Shown here piece by piece: positions 12,921-27,500 of a stretch of DNA of 64,000 nt. The position numbers were made by a program, and so were the translations under genes. The stretch is from contig NC_089431.1 in assembly GCF_026210795.1 (NCBI RefSeq), forward strand, positions 5,332,001-5,396,000, written 5' to 3'. Under the pieces are notes generated by a model, which saw nothing but the letters and a program-made list of their open reading frames with translations, searched no databases and was not told the DNA's origin. Positions within the stretch are counted from its first letter, which is position 1. The number at the start of each line of letters is the position of its first letter. This stretch comes from Rhizophagus irregularis. Lineage: Eukaryota.

Positions 12921-13719
12921 AAGCTAGAAATTTTTTTTTTCTTTAGTATTTTCAAAAAAGCAAGGTGTCATGTTGTTTTTTAGTTCTTATGTATTTCTTT
13001 AATTCGTTAGTATTGTAATTTTTAAGTTTCTGAAATTTTAATGGATTCTATTCATAAATTATCTTCCGAGAAAATTAAAAAAATCCGAATTAATATAAAA
13101 TACCGGTATTTAATTCATAACCGGCGTAAATTAAAAAAATTTCTAATAATAAACTTTTATATGATACTTTACATAAGTTTTGATTTAATTAGTTGATGGT
13201 ACCCCACATTAGGGAATAAACAGGCCAGGAAGAAAAGAAATTTAAATGAAGTTTTTTCTAACATTAACGATAAATTTCAAATCACGTAAGTCAAGTCAAT
13301 CGTGTATTCAATTTATTCAATTAGCAATATCTGCTTATCGAAATTTCCTACACTGTAAATCTGTAATTACTGCGGATATCGAACACTACAGATCATGTGC
13401 CTTATCATACTTTTTAATAAAAACATAACGAACGATAAACGTTTTTCGATTTTATATGTATTCCAATAAAAATTTGGATTGGATTATATAGTTAGATACG
13501 TAATTAATTTTATTTTTTTTTTAATACATAAGCAACAGCCCATTGCTTCGCACTGAGATCAATGAAATTGAACCATATAGTAAATTATTATGCTATATAA
13601 TGAACAAAAATATTAAATTCTTCAAATTTAATTGACATGTAATTATTACTCCTTGAAGAAATACACAATTATACAATTGAATTAGTGTATCTTTGTTTTT
13701 ATCTGGATCTTTTGACCGC

Positions 13720-14830
13720 GTCCAAAATTGAAGCTAAAAAAATTTTTCAATTTAAAATTTATGTAATTTTTTTTTTTAAAAAAAAATTGAATTTTTAATT
13801 AGTTACCTCAGAATCTTCTTTTTTAAAAGGTGTTATCTTAATAAAGCCGAAATTCACGATCTTTGATAATATAACCCAACTGGGTATATTTCTTTTAGTT
13901 TTTGTGTTAATTCAATAATACTACTTTTTGATTTTGCAATTCAATAAAGATTTTTCCAATTAATAGACGTTAAAACACGTTTTTTCAAATGGTAATTGAA
14001 AATTTTATTCATAATTTCTTCATTATTCCAGTCATCGGTCGTACAATAAGAATTTTTCTTGATCAATTACTAATTTTATTTCATTATGTTCAAGTCCAAA
14101 GAGGGTGTGTGTTTCCTTTAAATTTTGTTAATATTCCGATTTTTTTCCAAACTAAATTAGGATTAGCATTCACGAAAGACGTATTTCTTAAATCCTATAT
14201 ATAAATTCTAACAATTGCTTCATCGTCAAATTCTTGAAAAAATAATGATCGAGAATGTATAAAAGAACTTTTATACCCTTCACCCGCATAATTCCAATCA
14301 GGATTTTTTGATACACCAATACTAAAAACCATTATATTCAAATTCTCCACCTTAAAAGCAAAGGGACGAAATGTACATCTGAAAGTAATGTTTCAGATAT
14401 ATATGGAATGTCACAATCCCATAACCAAAGGCCCTGCATGTTTTGTTTTATTAGAAAAGGCTTTTTGATATACTGAAGTAATCGCCTGATGAACTATTAC
14501 ATACGTTACTACATAAACCTTCAGAACGACATGTATATCCGGGTTGAACTCATTATAATTAGGATCTGTAGTATCTTCAGTATTTCCTTGAACTACTGTT
14601 ATGGTAAAATCACGTTTTTTTTAATGTGGTAAGTGTTTCCATACCAAGACGAATTGGATAAAAAGGTATATTTGCCGTATTATTATTAGTTGGCAAGCTA
14701 ATCACCATTCTAGCATATGGTCCATATGCAAGTTGTCTATAAGTTCTCCTGCAGAAATAAGTGAAACTGAGTATTCTTTTGGTATTACTTTAGAAGTAAT
14801 TTAATAAGTCAGATTAGAAGGATTCTGAAA
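13720..14830 (-). pseudogene. Degraded member of an uncharacterised, probably transposon-associated protein family
   Basis: Broken frames ISAGELIDNLH-YGPYA, YPIRLGMET, FTITVVQGN and VFSIGVSKNPDWNYAGEGYKSSFIHSRSLFFQEFDDEAIVRIY. These resemble repetitive Rhizophagus hypothetical proteins from recall only; no domain assigned. Confidence 0.45.
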
Positions 14831-14919
14831 AACGTTTAAAATATATATAAATCGTCCCCGTATATACTATATGTCGATCACTGCTTATCAGACGGATCAC
14901 GAATTAAAATTTAAAAAAA

Positions 14920-15960
14920 AATATGTATATTACTTGTTGAAAACATCCCAAGTTTTCTCATTAGTTCTTAATAAAGGTTCATTTCTCGTTTGAGAAATGA
15001 CAAAATTAATTTCAATTAATAGGCTGATTAAATGTACTTCTGAAAATACAGTGTGGTTATCGCTTCAACATAGTTTGGAATCTCCTGAGAATGTTTGTCG
15101 TAATAGACTTGGTTTGTATGGATCATCATTTAGTTGAATATCGAAATATTTGCAGTAGATAATCTCACTGGAATGGCATATCTAATTGTAATTTCATAGA
15201 CAGCTGGCTTTGTTGACTCAATTACAGGATTATTATATTCAGCTCCTATAAATCAAAAAATTTTTTATTAAAAAAAAAATAAAAATAAAAATAAAAATAA
15301 AAATAAAAAGTAAAAATAAATTAAAAATTTACCTTGATTATTTAATCTTAGTAAATAAAGGTTTTAATAAAATTTCTAGTTTATTACCAGTTTGTTTCTT
15401 TATTCCTAATAAAGTACCATTTCTTCTGAACATATTATAATGAACAAACTCTAGGCCAAAAGATCCCCCTGATTTATAATTTCCATTATTCACTAAAATC
15501 GAAATTGTGTTAATCAAATAATTAGAATAAACACATCATTATTTTTCGCGACCTTTTCATGATACTTACCCCTTTATTATTATTTTGCTATCCTTTGCTT
15601 GCTCATAAAAAATCAAACGCTTAGAAATCTTCCATAAACTAAACTTGACAAATCAAAATCGTCTATATTACTTATTATTACTTTAGGGACCATACCAAAT
15701 TGTACAAAGGACCCAGTTGTTAAAAATTCTAATGATAATAATTCATTTCAGTCCTTAATTGATTCCTATTTGAAATTGCTTTGCTTAATGACACAATACA
15801 TATATATCCTGCAACATTGTTGTAAAAACATGATTTAAATGCTATATATTGTAGTTTGGTAGACAAGAAAGTGTTGTAGGTAAATATGTTCCCTCTTTTA
15901 AAAATGAAACATAAATTTTCCAGTGCTGTGCGAGAAAAGCTGACCACCTTTTTCACAACA
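14920..15960 (-). pseudogene. Broken copy (exons 3-4 with introns) of the membrane-protein gene
   Basis: The reverse complement matches 46860-47830 (YICIVSL...RTEMNYY, ataatcaag|gtaa...tag|gagctgaatat, EPLLR...WMFST); deletions present. Confidence 0.9.
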
Positions 15961-16290
15961 AGTGAAAATATTATGACACGAATTTTGGGTTATAAAATAC
16001 AATGTTTATTGGGTTAAAATCTTACATTGTGAAAATTAATGTCTGAACGTAAAGAACTCTTTCAACTTCTTACTCCTTATATAACTAATTAAGGGTAATC
16101 AAAAATGCCGAAACTGCCGAAACTGGATCAAAATGCCGAAACGCCAAATGGCAAAACTAACTTATTTTAGGGTTATTAACTTATAATGTTTCACTATCCT
16201 TTAATGTTACATCATAATTACTATTATTATGTTTCACTATCCTTTATAATGATTACTATTATTATGTTTCACTATCTTTTAACTGTAATG
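15700..16290. repeat. Direct duplication of about 27620-28280, with short gccgaaact and tgtttcactatc repeats
   Basis: Near-identical strings at both sites, e.g. aagggtaatcaaaaatgccgaaactgccgaaactgg and cttataatgtttcactatcctttaatgttacatcataattac. Confidence 0.88.
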
Positions 16291-16988
16291 TTTACTATTG
16301 TTCGGGTCTTTGTTCGTTTCATAATAAAATGATCTACATCACGTGATCATTAATTATGCGCTTCACAATTTGCAAATCTCTAATTATAAAATTCTGTTCT
16401 ACAATATTATAAGGTATTATGATAAGAATAGTATTACAGTAATTACTAGTATATAATGAACATGTGGGATTAATAATGGGTGGCTTTGATTGTATTTGTT
16501 AATAGTTTTTTTAATAAAGTTTATCGGCTATAAATTAAATAAAGTATATGTATATATAGTACATAAATTTTGATTAGTACCGGGTATTTTCAAGTGGAAT
16601 ATGATTAGTATCGGTACTATTACAAGGGGTACTGTATGCAACGCTATACGCCTATACGGTAATGGTTAAACTGATCTATACGTTTATACAGTACACAACT
16701 CTAACTTATACAGAGTAATTAAATATATAATAAATCCTAGAGATACAGTATGCAATTTATTACCCCTATCCTCAGTAGTCCAATGCTTTTTTTGTTTTTG
16801 TATCGGGTTGGTAGTCACTTGTTGTTTATGAAGATCTGGCAATAGTTTGTCTTGATTTGTTTTTACTATTATAATCTTTCACTTTAGTCCTAAAAATTTA
16901 TTCCGTGGCTTTTATTCCATGTTATTTCCATAAATGTATCATATTCCCGGAATTTATAGCCTCAAAAACATTGAAAATTATCCAAGTT

Positions 16989-18002
16989 CTCGGGTATTGA
17001 TTGGTCTTGTACCTGGGCTTGCCTATCACATCATAAAGACCTTCCCTCACGAAAAAATGGCTGCGCTGAATTTTTAGCCTTTCGTCTCAAACTCCTTATT
17101 GATGAATTACCTGTACTTACTATTTTAGTATTTTACAATGACGTAAACCTTCTGTTTACGATCCATCATGGCTTTGCCCTATATGTGAAACACATCCTGA
17201 AACTCTCATTCATCTATGGACCTGCCCTTATCTCCTTTCCGAATATAAGCCTCTTTCTATGCATCGTACATTGTTCCGACATCTTTGCACGAGTTTGCTT
17301 GTTGCCTTTGACAAACTTGGTTCTGCTTTACCTCTCTCTTTTGAGTTGGACTTTCTTGCCCTGGATTGTTGGAGAACTACCACATCTGCTGAGGTCTTAT
17401 TCCATTGGAACTCACTACATTTTTATCCAGTTTCTTCGCTATGAAAGAAATTTCAATACATTAGCTCCTCTTCTTCGCGACTTCCATTTCAAACTTTATG
17501 TAGAAATTTGGATCTGTCGATGCATGATCTTTAATGCCTGGGAACGTTCTCAAGGAATTACTAAATCCATGAAACATTCTCCTACTCGCTCTAATCACTC
17601 CTCTGCACAAACACCTTCTTCTGTAAATTCTCATTCCTCTCTGGCGTCAGTTTTCTCGGACTCCTGGGTTTCCTCTTCTATAATTCGGGGTGGATCTTGG
17701 ATTTCACACTTGGATTGTCCGCGCCGCTTAACAGTTCAGCCTCTTCGTTTTAGGATTTCACACGTCGGATTCTGGGACATGCTGGATAGTTGGCTCACAC
17801 TGGCATTCGGGTAAAGTTGGGGTAGTATGCGATTCTGTTGATCACTTTGTTTATTTTAATAGCTTAGTTTTCTTTAATTGTATGAGTCGTGAAGCTACTC
17901 TTTATTTTTATTGTATTTCTTTTCTTTTGAATTGTTCGATTAGTTTTATTATTCTCGAAATTTAAATATAAATAAATATAAAGTCATAAGACTGTTTGTA
18001 CA
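16989..18002 (+). mobile_element. 5'-truncated non-LTR retrotransposon (LINE) 3' remnant
   Basis: LINE-type C-terminus (IWICRC...WERSQGITK...SSIIRGGSW), A-rich tail, and a flanking 16-bp direct repeat gaaaattatccaagtt at 16973-16988 and 18003-18018. Confidence 0.7.
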
Positions 18003-18783
18003 GAAAATTATCCAAGTTGCTTAAGTTATTTTCCCATAAATGTATCATATTCATGGAGTTTTCCAGAAATTATTTACGGGGTTAGTTTAATTGGTATTTC
18101 TATTTAACTTATAATTAATGTTCTTATGAATAAAATATTTGCCACTTATTCTACTATTTCTTTTATTGTCTGAAGACGCGTCAAATGTACTGCATGGATG
18201 TCTGCATGGATGTCTTAAACCCTATAAAAAAAATTCTGGAAAAAACTCTCTTTTCTAGTTTTTATTTCGAAGAAACTCAGACACGTGATCATTTTTCTGA
18301 AAAATTTTTCATAGGGTATAATAACTTTAATAATTTTCTGAGTTATGATGACCTAAATGGTTATGAAGATGTGATGATGTATTTTCTGGATTATTATTTA
18401 GATGATATAAATGATAACGCTTCAAATCTTATAAAAAATTTTTTTAGATGTGTATTTTTTGTCATAAGTTTGAGGATGAGGATTATTTAGTAATTTTTTC
18501 TTGTAGTTAATAGTTTGTAATTAAAGTAACACTTTATGTATATTTATTTTTTTTCGTATAAATAAAATATTGATTTACATTTTCAATATGTAGAAACTCC
18601 TTAACTTTTTTCACCCCTTCAACTTTTTGATTCACAACAAATACGATATCTTTGTATTTTTTCCAAAAACCTACTTACCTACCTCATTCAGAATATATTA
18701 TTTTTGGAAAACCATAATAAATCATGTGACTTAGGAGCAAACTTTAGTTTAACGTCAGATGCCAAGTATATCTTTGCATTTAC

Positions 18784-19785
18784 CCAAAATTCAAGACATA
18801 CTCCAATTTTACAAAAATACAAAACTACGATATCTTGGCTTTAACGGAGACAGGAATCCACAAAGAACCCAAGCACCCGAAGATGACAAATCAATTTTCA
18901 ACACTTATCAACTACCATCTTATAATTCAGTCAACGACATACAACCAGTTACCAGTGTTCGTTTACAGTGACGCTAACGGGACCACAAAAGGTTCCAGCG
19001 TCTCAATTATATTCTCCGAAAAATTTGAAAAATGTTCAATCAAAACTCATCAATTCTACTCACATTAAACCTTTTGTTTCAAAGACAACAACTTTTTACG
19101 CATAATTAATTGCTATCTCCCTGCTAACAATACCCAGAAAGACGATTGGCCACTCACCAAAGCGTGGTTACACTACAACAACACTGATGACATCTGCAGT
19201 ACCCGCAAAAGCGCTTTCAAGATCAAGAGTTTAAACCACATCTTACCTGATATCCTACTCAAACATTACCCAAAACTTTATCTGGATAACAACAGCTTCA
19301 CATGAATGGGAAAAACCAAGTAACCGACAATGTCAATCGCCGCTACAAACAACGCTATCGCATAGAACAATCTTGACATACTTCTACTCAAACAACGTTC
19401 GATCAAACACTGATGGACATATTCATGACTTCTCAGATTCAGATGCAAATCCGTTAAAATTACTTACATTCTGGCGGATGGAGTTCCTTTTTAAATTACA
19501 ATTCGTATATAGATTTTTATTTTGATGATATTAAATACTTTTAAGATTTTTTTTCTTTTTTTTCTTCATTTTATAGTATTACTTGATTTTTTCTTACAAC
19601 GCTGGTCATGTCTAGCGGTTTCTTATATAAATAATATGCAGGACGATCCTCGTAAGGGTTGGGTTTATACTGGTACAAGCCTACAAGGTAGTGTAGTAGT
19701 TTCTTTTGTAAGGGCTCAGCTCCCAGATTTGTATGACTGTCTAAATTTTAAAAATAAAATAAAAATGAAATGAAATGGAATAAAA
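18784..19785 (+). mobile_element. Internally deleted LINE
   Basis: Endonuclease-like fragment (IINCYLPANN) joined to a C-terminal fragment (WPLTKAWLHYN...FKIKSLNHILP, homologous to the 50441-51265 ORF). (AAAAT/GAAAT) tail; 16-bp TSD atatctttgcatttac at 18768-18783 and 19786-19801. Confidence 0.8.
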
Positions 19786-19946
19786 ATATCTTTGCATTTA
19801 CTTTTTCATAAATAATAAATAATCTAAATTGGGCGATAACAAATTTTTAAATTATACAAAATTTTCTACAAATTTTACATTTAAATCACGTGACTTCTTC
19901 ACATTCATGAAAAATAAATTTTCAAAAAAATATTCGCTGTTCTAAC

Positions 19947-22295
19947 ATTACGTCCTCAGCAACAATTTACGGAAGGACGTAATTAGTGATATTAATCGAA
20001 CTCACAAAACACCAACAATTAGACCGTCTATTACCAAACCAAAATCACAATGGTCTATACATTGGCACAACCAACAAAAACAAATCATTTTTGGAAGAAC
20101 TCTTTCTCAAGACACTTCTCATTCTTCTTCCATCACTTATTTACAACATTATATTCCTAATCAAACACACCATGATGTCGAGTTAACCAAAAAGACAACT
20201 CCTGTGTTTAACTGCTTGTCAGGGATGCACAATGAACTCATATTACCCTTTGGACGTTCGTCCAACATGCGTTATCGCTATCCGTACCCAACGTTTAAAA
20301 TTTATCAAAAAACATCTTTCGTTCACAAATCTTTAGCTAATTTTTATAATGCTAGTATTCCCTATTATATAGCTACTAAACCATTACATTCACTTAGACA
20401 TATAGCTTATGAACACTTTTTAAAGTTAGAAAAAAATCCTTTACAAATTATTACTCCAAACTCTATTGATCCCACACCCTCTAATAATTCTATTCAGACT
20501 GCTCTGCTATCACAAATTCACGCCCATATAGATTCAGCGTTACTTTGTCATAATAATATCAAAAAAGAATTAAAACTTCTCGCTTCACAATTAGAAAAAG
20601 AAACATTGCTAACATTTTATACCGATGGTTCCGTTAAACACATAGGTACTTCAAGATGCTCCAGTGGATACGAATGGATACAGTGTCAAGCTAATACACC
20701 GAATGAATCTTTTCACGGATCCACGATTTTCTTCCCATCGTCTACAAAAAGTGAATCGATGGGTATACTTACAGCTATAATTGTCGCTCCATGATTCAAC
20801 AGTAATTTAAATATTTACACGGATTCCGCCAATTGTATTACAACATTCAACGCGTTATTATTATCGCCCGCGTCGAAAATTAAAACAAAATAATTTTTTA
20901 ATATGGAACTTGATCTCTTACCTAATCGACATCAAACATCTAATGGTAACATTACACAAGGTTGAAGGACACAGTGATGATTATTGGAATAACAAAGCTG
21001 ATGAACTCGCAAATGGCGGTTCACAAATTAAAGATCCAATTATTGTTAACCACAAATTTTTTCAACGAAAAAGTTTAGGATTTATCTCTTGGAACAACAT
21101 ATATATAATTGATAGAAATGGTCGGATACGGCCATTCAACCTATCATCTTTAACTCGATGATTAATAATATTAGTTAACTGATCGAACAATCGTTAATGG
21201 AGGACATTGTAGATTGGTCTTTCACTCGTGAATGGATTAACACAAACCCATTAGACACGCCCTGTAGTGCTAAATTGTCAAAAATACAAGGCAACAAAAT
21301 TAAAAAACTTAATTTCGCGCATCCTACAATAGACATACAACAAAGAAATTATCCTCGTTTATATCCTCGAGGCATCATCCCTTGTGTAGAATGTAATTCT
21401 GCCAAAGACAACAACGAACACATAGGTTTATGTACCGCCCACACAACAATTATCACACAACTCATTTCGGACGCTTCCGATATATTACTTACTCTTATGT
21501 TAGAGGAAACGGCTGAACAGAATTACGCATTAAGAAATACCATTAAAGAATCGAAACTTTTTGATATTAGTTTCGAATTATTCTTATTTAAAGATCATCC
21601 TTTTTATTTACTTATTCATCACTTGGTCCCAAAAGACCTTACTGATATTTTTTACAATTATATACCAAAAAAGAAAAAACGATTCGAAATATTCATTAAA
21701 TTTATGAATATTATAATGGCTAATATCGACGCACATATTTGGACATTACTAAAAATAAAAAGAAATTTTATAGGAAAAACTACAATTCAAATAATGATCG
21801 TTCGAATACGAACGAGGACGTCAATCGACAAAGAAATTATTCTCGTAATCAATATAATCCCAATTTTTCCACCCCTTATAATCGCAGTGGTGGTTTCTCT
21901 GATAACGACGCCCATATTCGATGGACGTCGAGTAATTTTTTACATTCGGGTTCTTGAGAATCACATAGAGATCGAATTTGGTTCGATATAATAGATATAT
22001 TTGAACATTTTTTTTATAGCATTTCAAAATATAATTTAGATACTACTAGATAGTATTTTTATGTTTTCTCTAATTTTTTATTTCCGTCCGAGGCGGGGGA
22101 GTTCTGGGGTTGATCGTGGATCCGCTCCGTTTCTCTTCTTTTCAAGGTCTGGAGTTATCGACTGTTTGGTTCGCCACTTGCGATTTGGTTTCGTAGTGTT
22201 AGAATTATTTTCGCGACATTTTTTCTTATATTTGTTGTTTTGATAATTTGTACTACGACTTTGTACTTCCTGAAACATAAAAATAAAAATAAAAA
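19947..22295 (+). mobile_element. 5'-truncated LINE with RNase H and C-terminal zinc finger
   Basis: FYTDGSVK...SSTKSESMGILTA...IYTDSANCI...KVEGHSDDYWNNKADELA (RNase H); CVECNSAKDNNEHIGLC; (AAAAAT)n tail; 16-bp TSD tattcgctgttctaac at 19931-19946 and 22296-22311. Confidence 0.92.
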
Positions 22296-22714
22296 TATTC
22301 GCTGTTCTAACCTCGGGGGTTTTTACAGCTAGCTTTTCCACCAGTTAGATGCTGGATATCTTCGGAAGAGGATCGAATCAATTACACTTGTTATACATTA
22401 ATGACATTACACAAAAAAACATCACGAAAATCCACGTGACATTTTTTGTCACCGTTTAATGTCACATTTATATGTAAACTCGTTGCGGATGGCTTTATTA
22501 TTGTTTGTTTACTTTTTGATTCGATAAGATACATTATAGTATTTATATGGTTTATTCAGAATTATTTATTATTTGAAATCTTAAAATGCATATTTTTAAT
22601 GGCCAAAATTTCATGTGAGTAGCAACTTGCAAAAGAAAAAGAATGTGTAAAAAATAGTAGTTTTATTGCCTATTAAATTTAACTGGCGGATAAACATGTT
22701 AGAAAAAACTTCAT

Positions 22715-24500
22715 CTATAGTTCTACTTTGCTAACAACCTAAAATTTTCTAAATACATCGTGAAATTAATATTACAATAATATTAATAATATTACAATAC
22801 ATTGTATAGAAACCATCATAAGATATTCGTTATCGGTCTTGTAGGGGCGCTTCGTATAATATAGCATAATTGTAATATTAATTTATTAACTTGTATATTT
22901 AATATAAATTGTAACAAATTGTTGTAAAATATATTATAAGTTATATCATGATCAACGATCACCTGATTAATCTAACGTTCTCCGAACTGTTGTCTCAACA
23001 GATAAAGAATTATGGATATTAAATCAACAAAATCAATATGCTTCCAATCTTACTATCGGTTTTGTTTATTAGAAGATCTATTTAATCCTCTTCTCTTCGT
23101 GCAGTTACTTTGCATGCGTTCATTTCATTCTTCATCTTTTTGATTTAATTACCAATACTATTAGAGGAAAACAAAAAAAGAACTCTCCAATATCCTGCGT
23201 AAAGAATATAGAAGCCGCTGTCTAAGAAAAAAATAACGAAGTGTGAGCAGCTGTTCGTTACTATAAACAAATTAAAGAAAAAAATACTTACCAAGATTTG
23301 AAAACCAATACGTCTAAAGAAATCCAAAGTTCTACGCATCCAACTCCAAAGACCTACTAAGTCTAAAAGAAAGAGACAAATGGTTAGTAAGACTTATAAA
23401 AAAAAAATTAAAAAATCGTTTCATTGATACATACGGAATACAGTTTTCCACGAATCCTACAAAAAAGAGAATAGAAGAACATAAACAAAAGGTTTCTTTT
23501 AATAATAAAAAGGGATTAAAGTTTCATAATGAAACTTACTTTGTCTTTTCCGATGTTATCCTATCCTATCGTTCTAAGTTGAAGCCGAAATTTCTATAAA
23601 AAAAAGAAAAACATTAGAAATTTTTTTAAAGGTTCAAAAAATTTTTTCCAAAGCTTATTACCTTATGGTAGCAATTACTCACATGTGAATTTCCTTGTAG
23701 CGCTAAGAAAAATTCGCATGAATTTATCTTAATATCACCAAACACATCTTTATCATATATATCAAAAAATATTATGTTTCTACAAAGAAGAATAATGTTA
23801 AAATTGTTTTTCTTAAAATTTCGAAATTTTTTTTTTTTCAAAATTTACCTGAAAGAAGAAGTTAAAAAGAAATTTTTTAATGTTGTTTTCAAGATTATTC
23901 AAAAACTCGTACAAGATCCAATAATCGGAAGTCAAAACCTACAAATAATATAAAAAAAAAATTCAGGAAATTTTTTTTTTAAAAAAGAGGATTTCGAAAC
24001 TTGCTTGTATAAACGGAGCTAGCTCCCTTACCTTTAATTTAAGACAATGTTGACTTTCTCAAAATAATTATGAATTTATATAATTACCAAAGACCCAAAA
24101 ACAGCCGTCTAAAAAAAGGGAAGAAAACGAAACTTTATTAGTAAAAGCTTCGTTAAATAAAAATTTTCTGATTCCTGTATAAAAAAAACTTGCCGAGGAC
24201 CTGATGCGTCCAGGCCGTTTAAAATAGAGACGCGCCGTTGCTAAATCTTCTTTGCTTACAAACTCTTCATCGGTTCTTAAAGGCCGAGGTATAAATTTGA
24301 GTTTATAAATATTCTCGTTATTTATAACAGATAATATTTTTGCATAACAAATTCTTTACCACCTAAAAAAAAGAAAAAGAAAAAATAACGATTATTTAGT
24401 AATAATTCATTGGAATAAAAAAAAATAATAAATAAACCCTTACTCAATTCCTGCGTATCCAGAAACTGAAAATCTACATCCTAATCGAAACGTTTTACTA
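22715..24500 (-). repeat. Unclassified repeat made of short exon-like blocks and at least 8 intron-like segments (copy 1)
   Basis: Serial GTAAGT/GTATGT/GCAAGT...(TA)CTAAC/CTAAT...poly(Y)TAG units on the minus strand. The terminal about 200 bp is homologous to 62470-62645. Confidence 0.7.
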
Positions 24501-24559
24501 ATGTTTCAATTTACTCTCTTTTTTTTAAACGAGAATAAATATTAAAGAATTTGTACAAA

Positions 24560-27500
24560 TTGATAATAGTAGTGTTGGAAGCTCTGAAATCCAAAGTAAA
24601 GAACATTGGATTCGTAGCTACTTCAGACAAAAAAATATTTATAGCCAATAAGTAATTGACTACATGCGGTACAACAAGGAATACCATACTAAATAATAAT
24701 AAATAAGAAAATTATTAATTAATTAAATTAAATCTTAAAATAACAAAAATAACATAACATTAAACAAAATTTCTTACTTTGGAATTATTAAGTGTGGAGC
24801 ATTATTAACTCATAATAATGTGAATTTTAAATCCACAACAAAATCCTGCATTATTAATGCAGTTTCAAATATGGCGAAGTTTCTTCCTTCAGGGTTTTTC
24901 CAATGTGCCAAAAAATATAATATTATTAATATTATTAGACTTACTAAAAATATTATAATTAGTGGCAAAAATTTTCCAAAATAATCTGTAAAATAATAGA
25001 ATTAAAAATTTAATGAAATATTAATTATTTACAAATGTCAAAAATATTTAATAAACAACACTTACGGGTTATTGTAAAGGATGCACTTTCATCAATTAAT
25101 GAATTAGATGCTGAAAGGAACGTTCGATTGGACTTAAAAGAACTATAGTATCCTAATAAATTGGGAATATAGTAAGTTTCCGCAATTTACTTACAGAATT
25201 TAAAAGCAGACCATAATAAAATCGAAAACACTTTTAAAAATTTGTCAATCGGAACACTCCAAAGCATCATGAAATGATTATTATTGCTTAAATCCGACCG
25301 AATGACTTAAAATTGTTATATGCGAAAGGATAACTTACATCAATGTTAATACGATCGAAATCGGTAAGATATCTTTGACGAACATTTGGATTATTGGCGG
25401 CAAGTAAATTTAAAGCAGGCTCCATTCTTTTCCACTTTTCCAACATGTAAAAGATGGACCCTTTACCTCTCATAACGTTTTTAACGAGTCACGTACCGGT
25501 TTGAGAAGTTTTAATGTAAGACATTAGAGATCTTGCTTTCTTAACGGATTCAGAAATTAAATTTAATCCTTTATTGACTGCAAGATTCAAAACATGCATG
25601 GCACCGGTATTGGGCGAAATCTAGATTCTGAAATACTTCAAGTTCCTCCATTATAAACTCGCCGCAAGAGGTCATCAAGGATGCATTATCAGTCGTTAAA
25701 GTGATTCCATACGAGTGACTTAGGAGTACCACCTTTATTTCTTGATCGTGATTTAATAGATCGCGTTCCTGAATACGATTTTCTAAATTTGTAATTTTTT
25801 CTTCGTGCTCCTTTATTATTCGTTCCTTGGTGGTTACCTCATATTCTAAATTCCTAATTGTATCTTTATTCTTCGTTATTGATCATATCTGTGTGGTTAC
25901 CAAAGATTCCAATTTTGTTATCTTCTAACTCTGCTCACATAACTGTGGGTTGTTGCTGCGCTCGCTGGGAGAGGAAATTTTTCAAGAAACTCACTAAGTT
26001 TGTTCGTATTATATTAGCACTCCAGTCTAATAAAAAAATACTAAATATATTGCTTGGTCGTTGTTATCCATAATTATTGTAATTGTAATTGTGAACATTA
26101 AGAGTTTGAATTCCAAATTCTTTCATAATTCATTCTTCGCGTTCTTTTTCCTCAACTCCGAGCCTAGTTCCATCTTCGTACCATGGACTTGACTTCACTT
26201 ATTATTTTCTGTATTACGTTACAAAGTTTAAGTCTATTAGAGTCACAATGTATTCAGAAAAGTATATATACCCTCAAACTTTTTCTCTAAAAAAATATTA
26301 TTGTTATTTCTAAAATTTCTAAAAAAATATTTTCTCAAACAAATCATTCTATTGCTTTAAAGAATTGGTTCATCAACTACCGGTTCTTCAACCACAAGTT
26401 CGTCTTCATCTTAAATACGAGTTCAAATTCATATTCAGATACGAGTTCGTTTTCAGTCACAAGTTCGTCCTCAATTCTCGTCCTTGGTTCTGTACTCATC
26501 ATCGTCCTCAGTTCTGTCATCCATAGTTTCATCGTCGTCATCTTCATCTTTATATTCTTCTTTTGGATAGTCTTTGCTTTTCCTCATTTTAGTTTACACA
26601 CATTAGTTTACACACATATGTTGAGATTGAAAAGTTTGCGTGTTTAAGTAAGAAAAATAAAATTTTCTATCGACTAACGTATTAATAATTAGAAATTTGA
26701 ATCGAGATTGTAATTAAAAGTTACCATTATGGTATAAAGACACATTTTAAAGTATGATTACGGATCTCAGGAGTTTGATTTCAAACTTTAATACTATATA
26801 ACAGTACAATTAAAATTCGGAAATTTAAAAAATAAAAAATTTCGAAATAAAAAGAAAAAAATTTCGAAAATAAAAGGAAAAAATTAACAAAAAGAATAAG
26901 ATGAGCACAAAAAATTTGGCTCATTTTTATTGGATATTAATCATATGGATCAGTCCCCGGTTCAGATCTCGGATCCCAAGACCACGCGCTGTGAAAAGCT
27001 TTCATCACTGGTCCGATCCAACCCTAATTGAATCTGAATGTTGTCCTGTTTTAAACAGATCTAAATATAGTAAAGAAATATAAAATTTTCTACTTTGATT
27101 AGTAAAAAATTAAAAAATTAAAATTTTAAAAAAAAACATGTATATTACTTGTTGAAAACATCCAAGTTTTCTCATTAGTTCCTAATAAAGGTTCATTTCT
27201 CGCTTAAGAAATGACGAAATTATTTTCAATTACCACATAATAAGAAGATTGGCTGGTTAAATGTACTTCTGAAAATTGGAATATGCACAGGTGATTATCG
27301 CTTCCAACATAGTTTGGAATCTCAGAGAATGTTTGTTGTAATCAACGAAATATTTGTCACTGGAATGGCATATTTAATTGTATTGACAGCTGGCTTTGTT
27401 GACTAAATTACAGGATTATCAAGGGTAATTATAATAAAAAGCCCTAGTAGAGTAATTATCCTATTTGTAATCATAAAAATAAGTTATTTAATGTTTAAAT

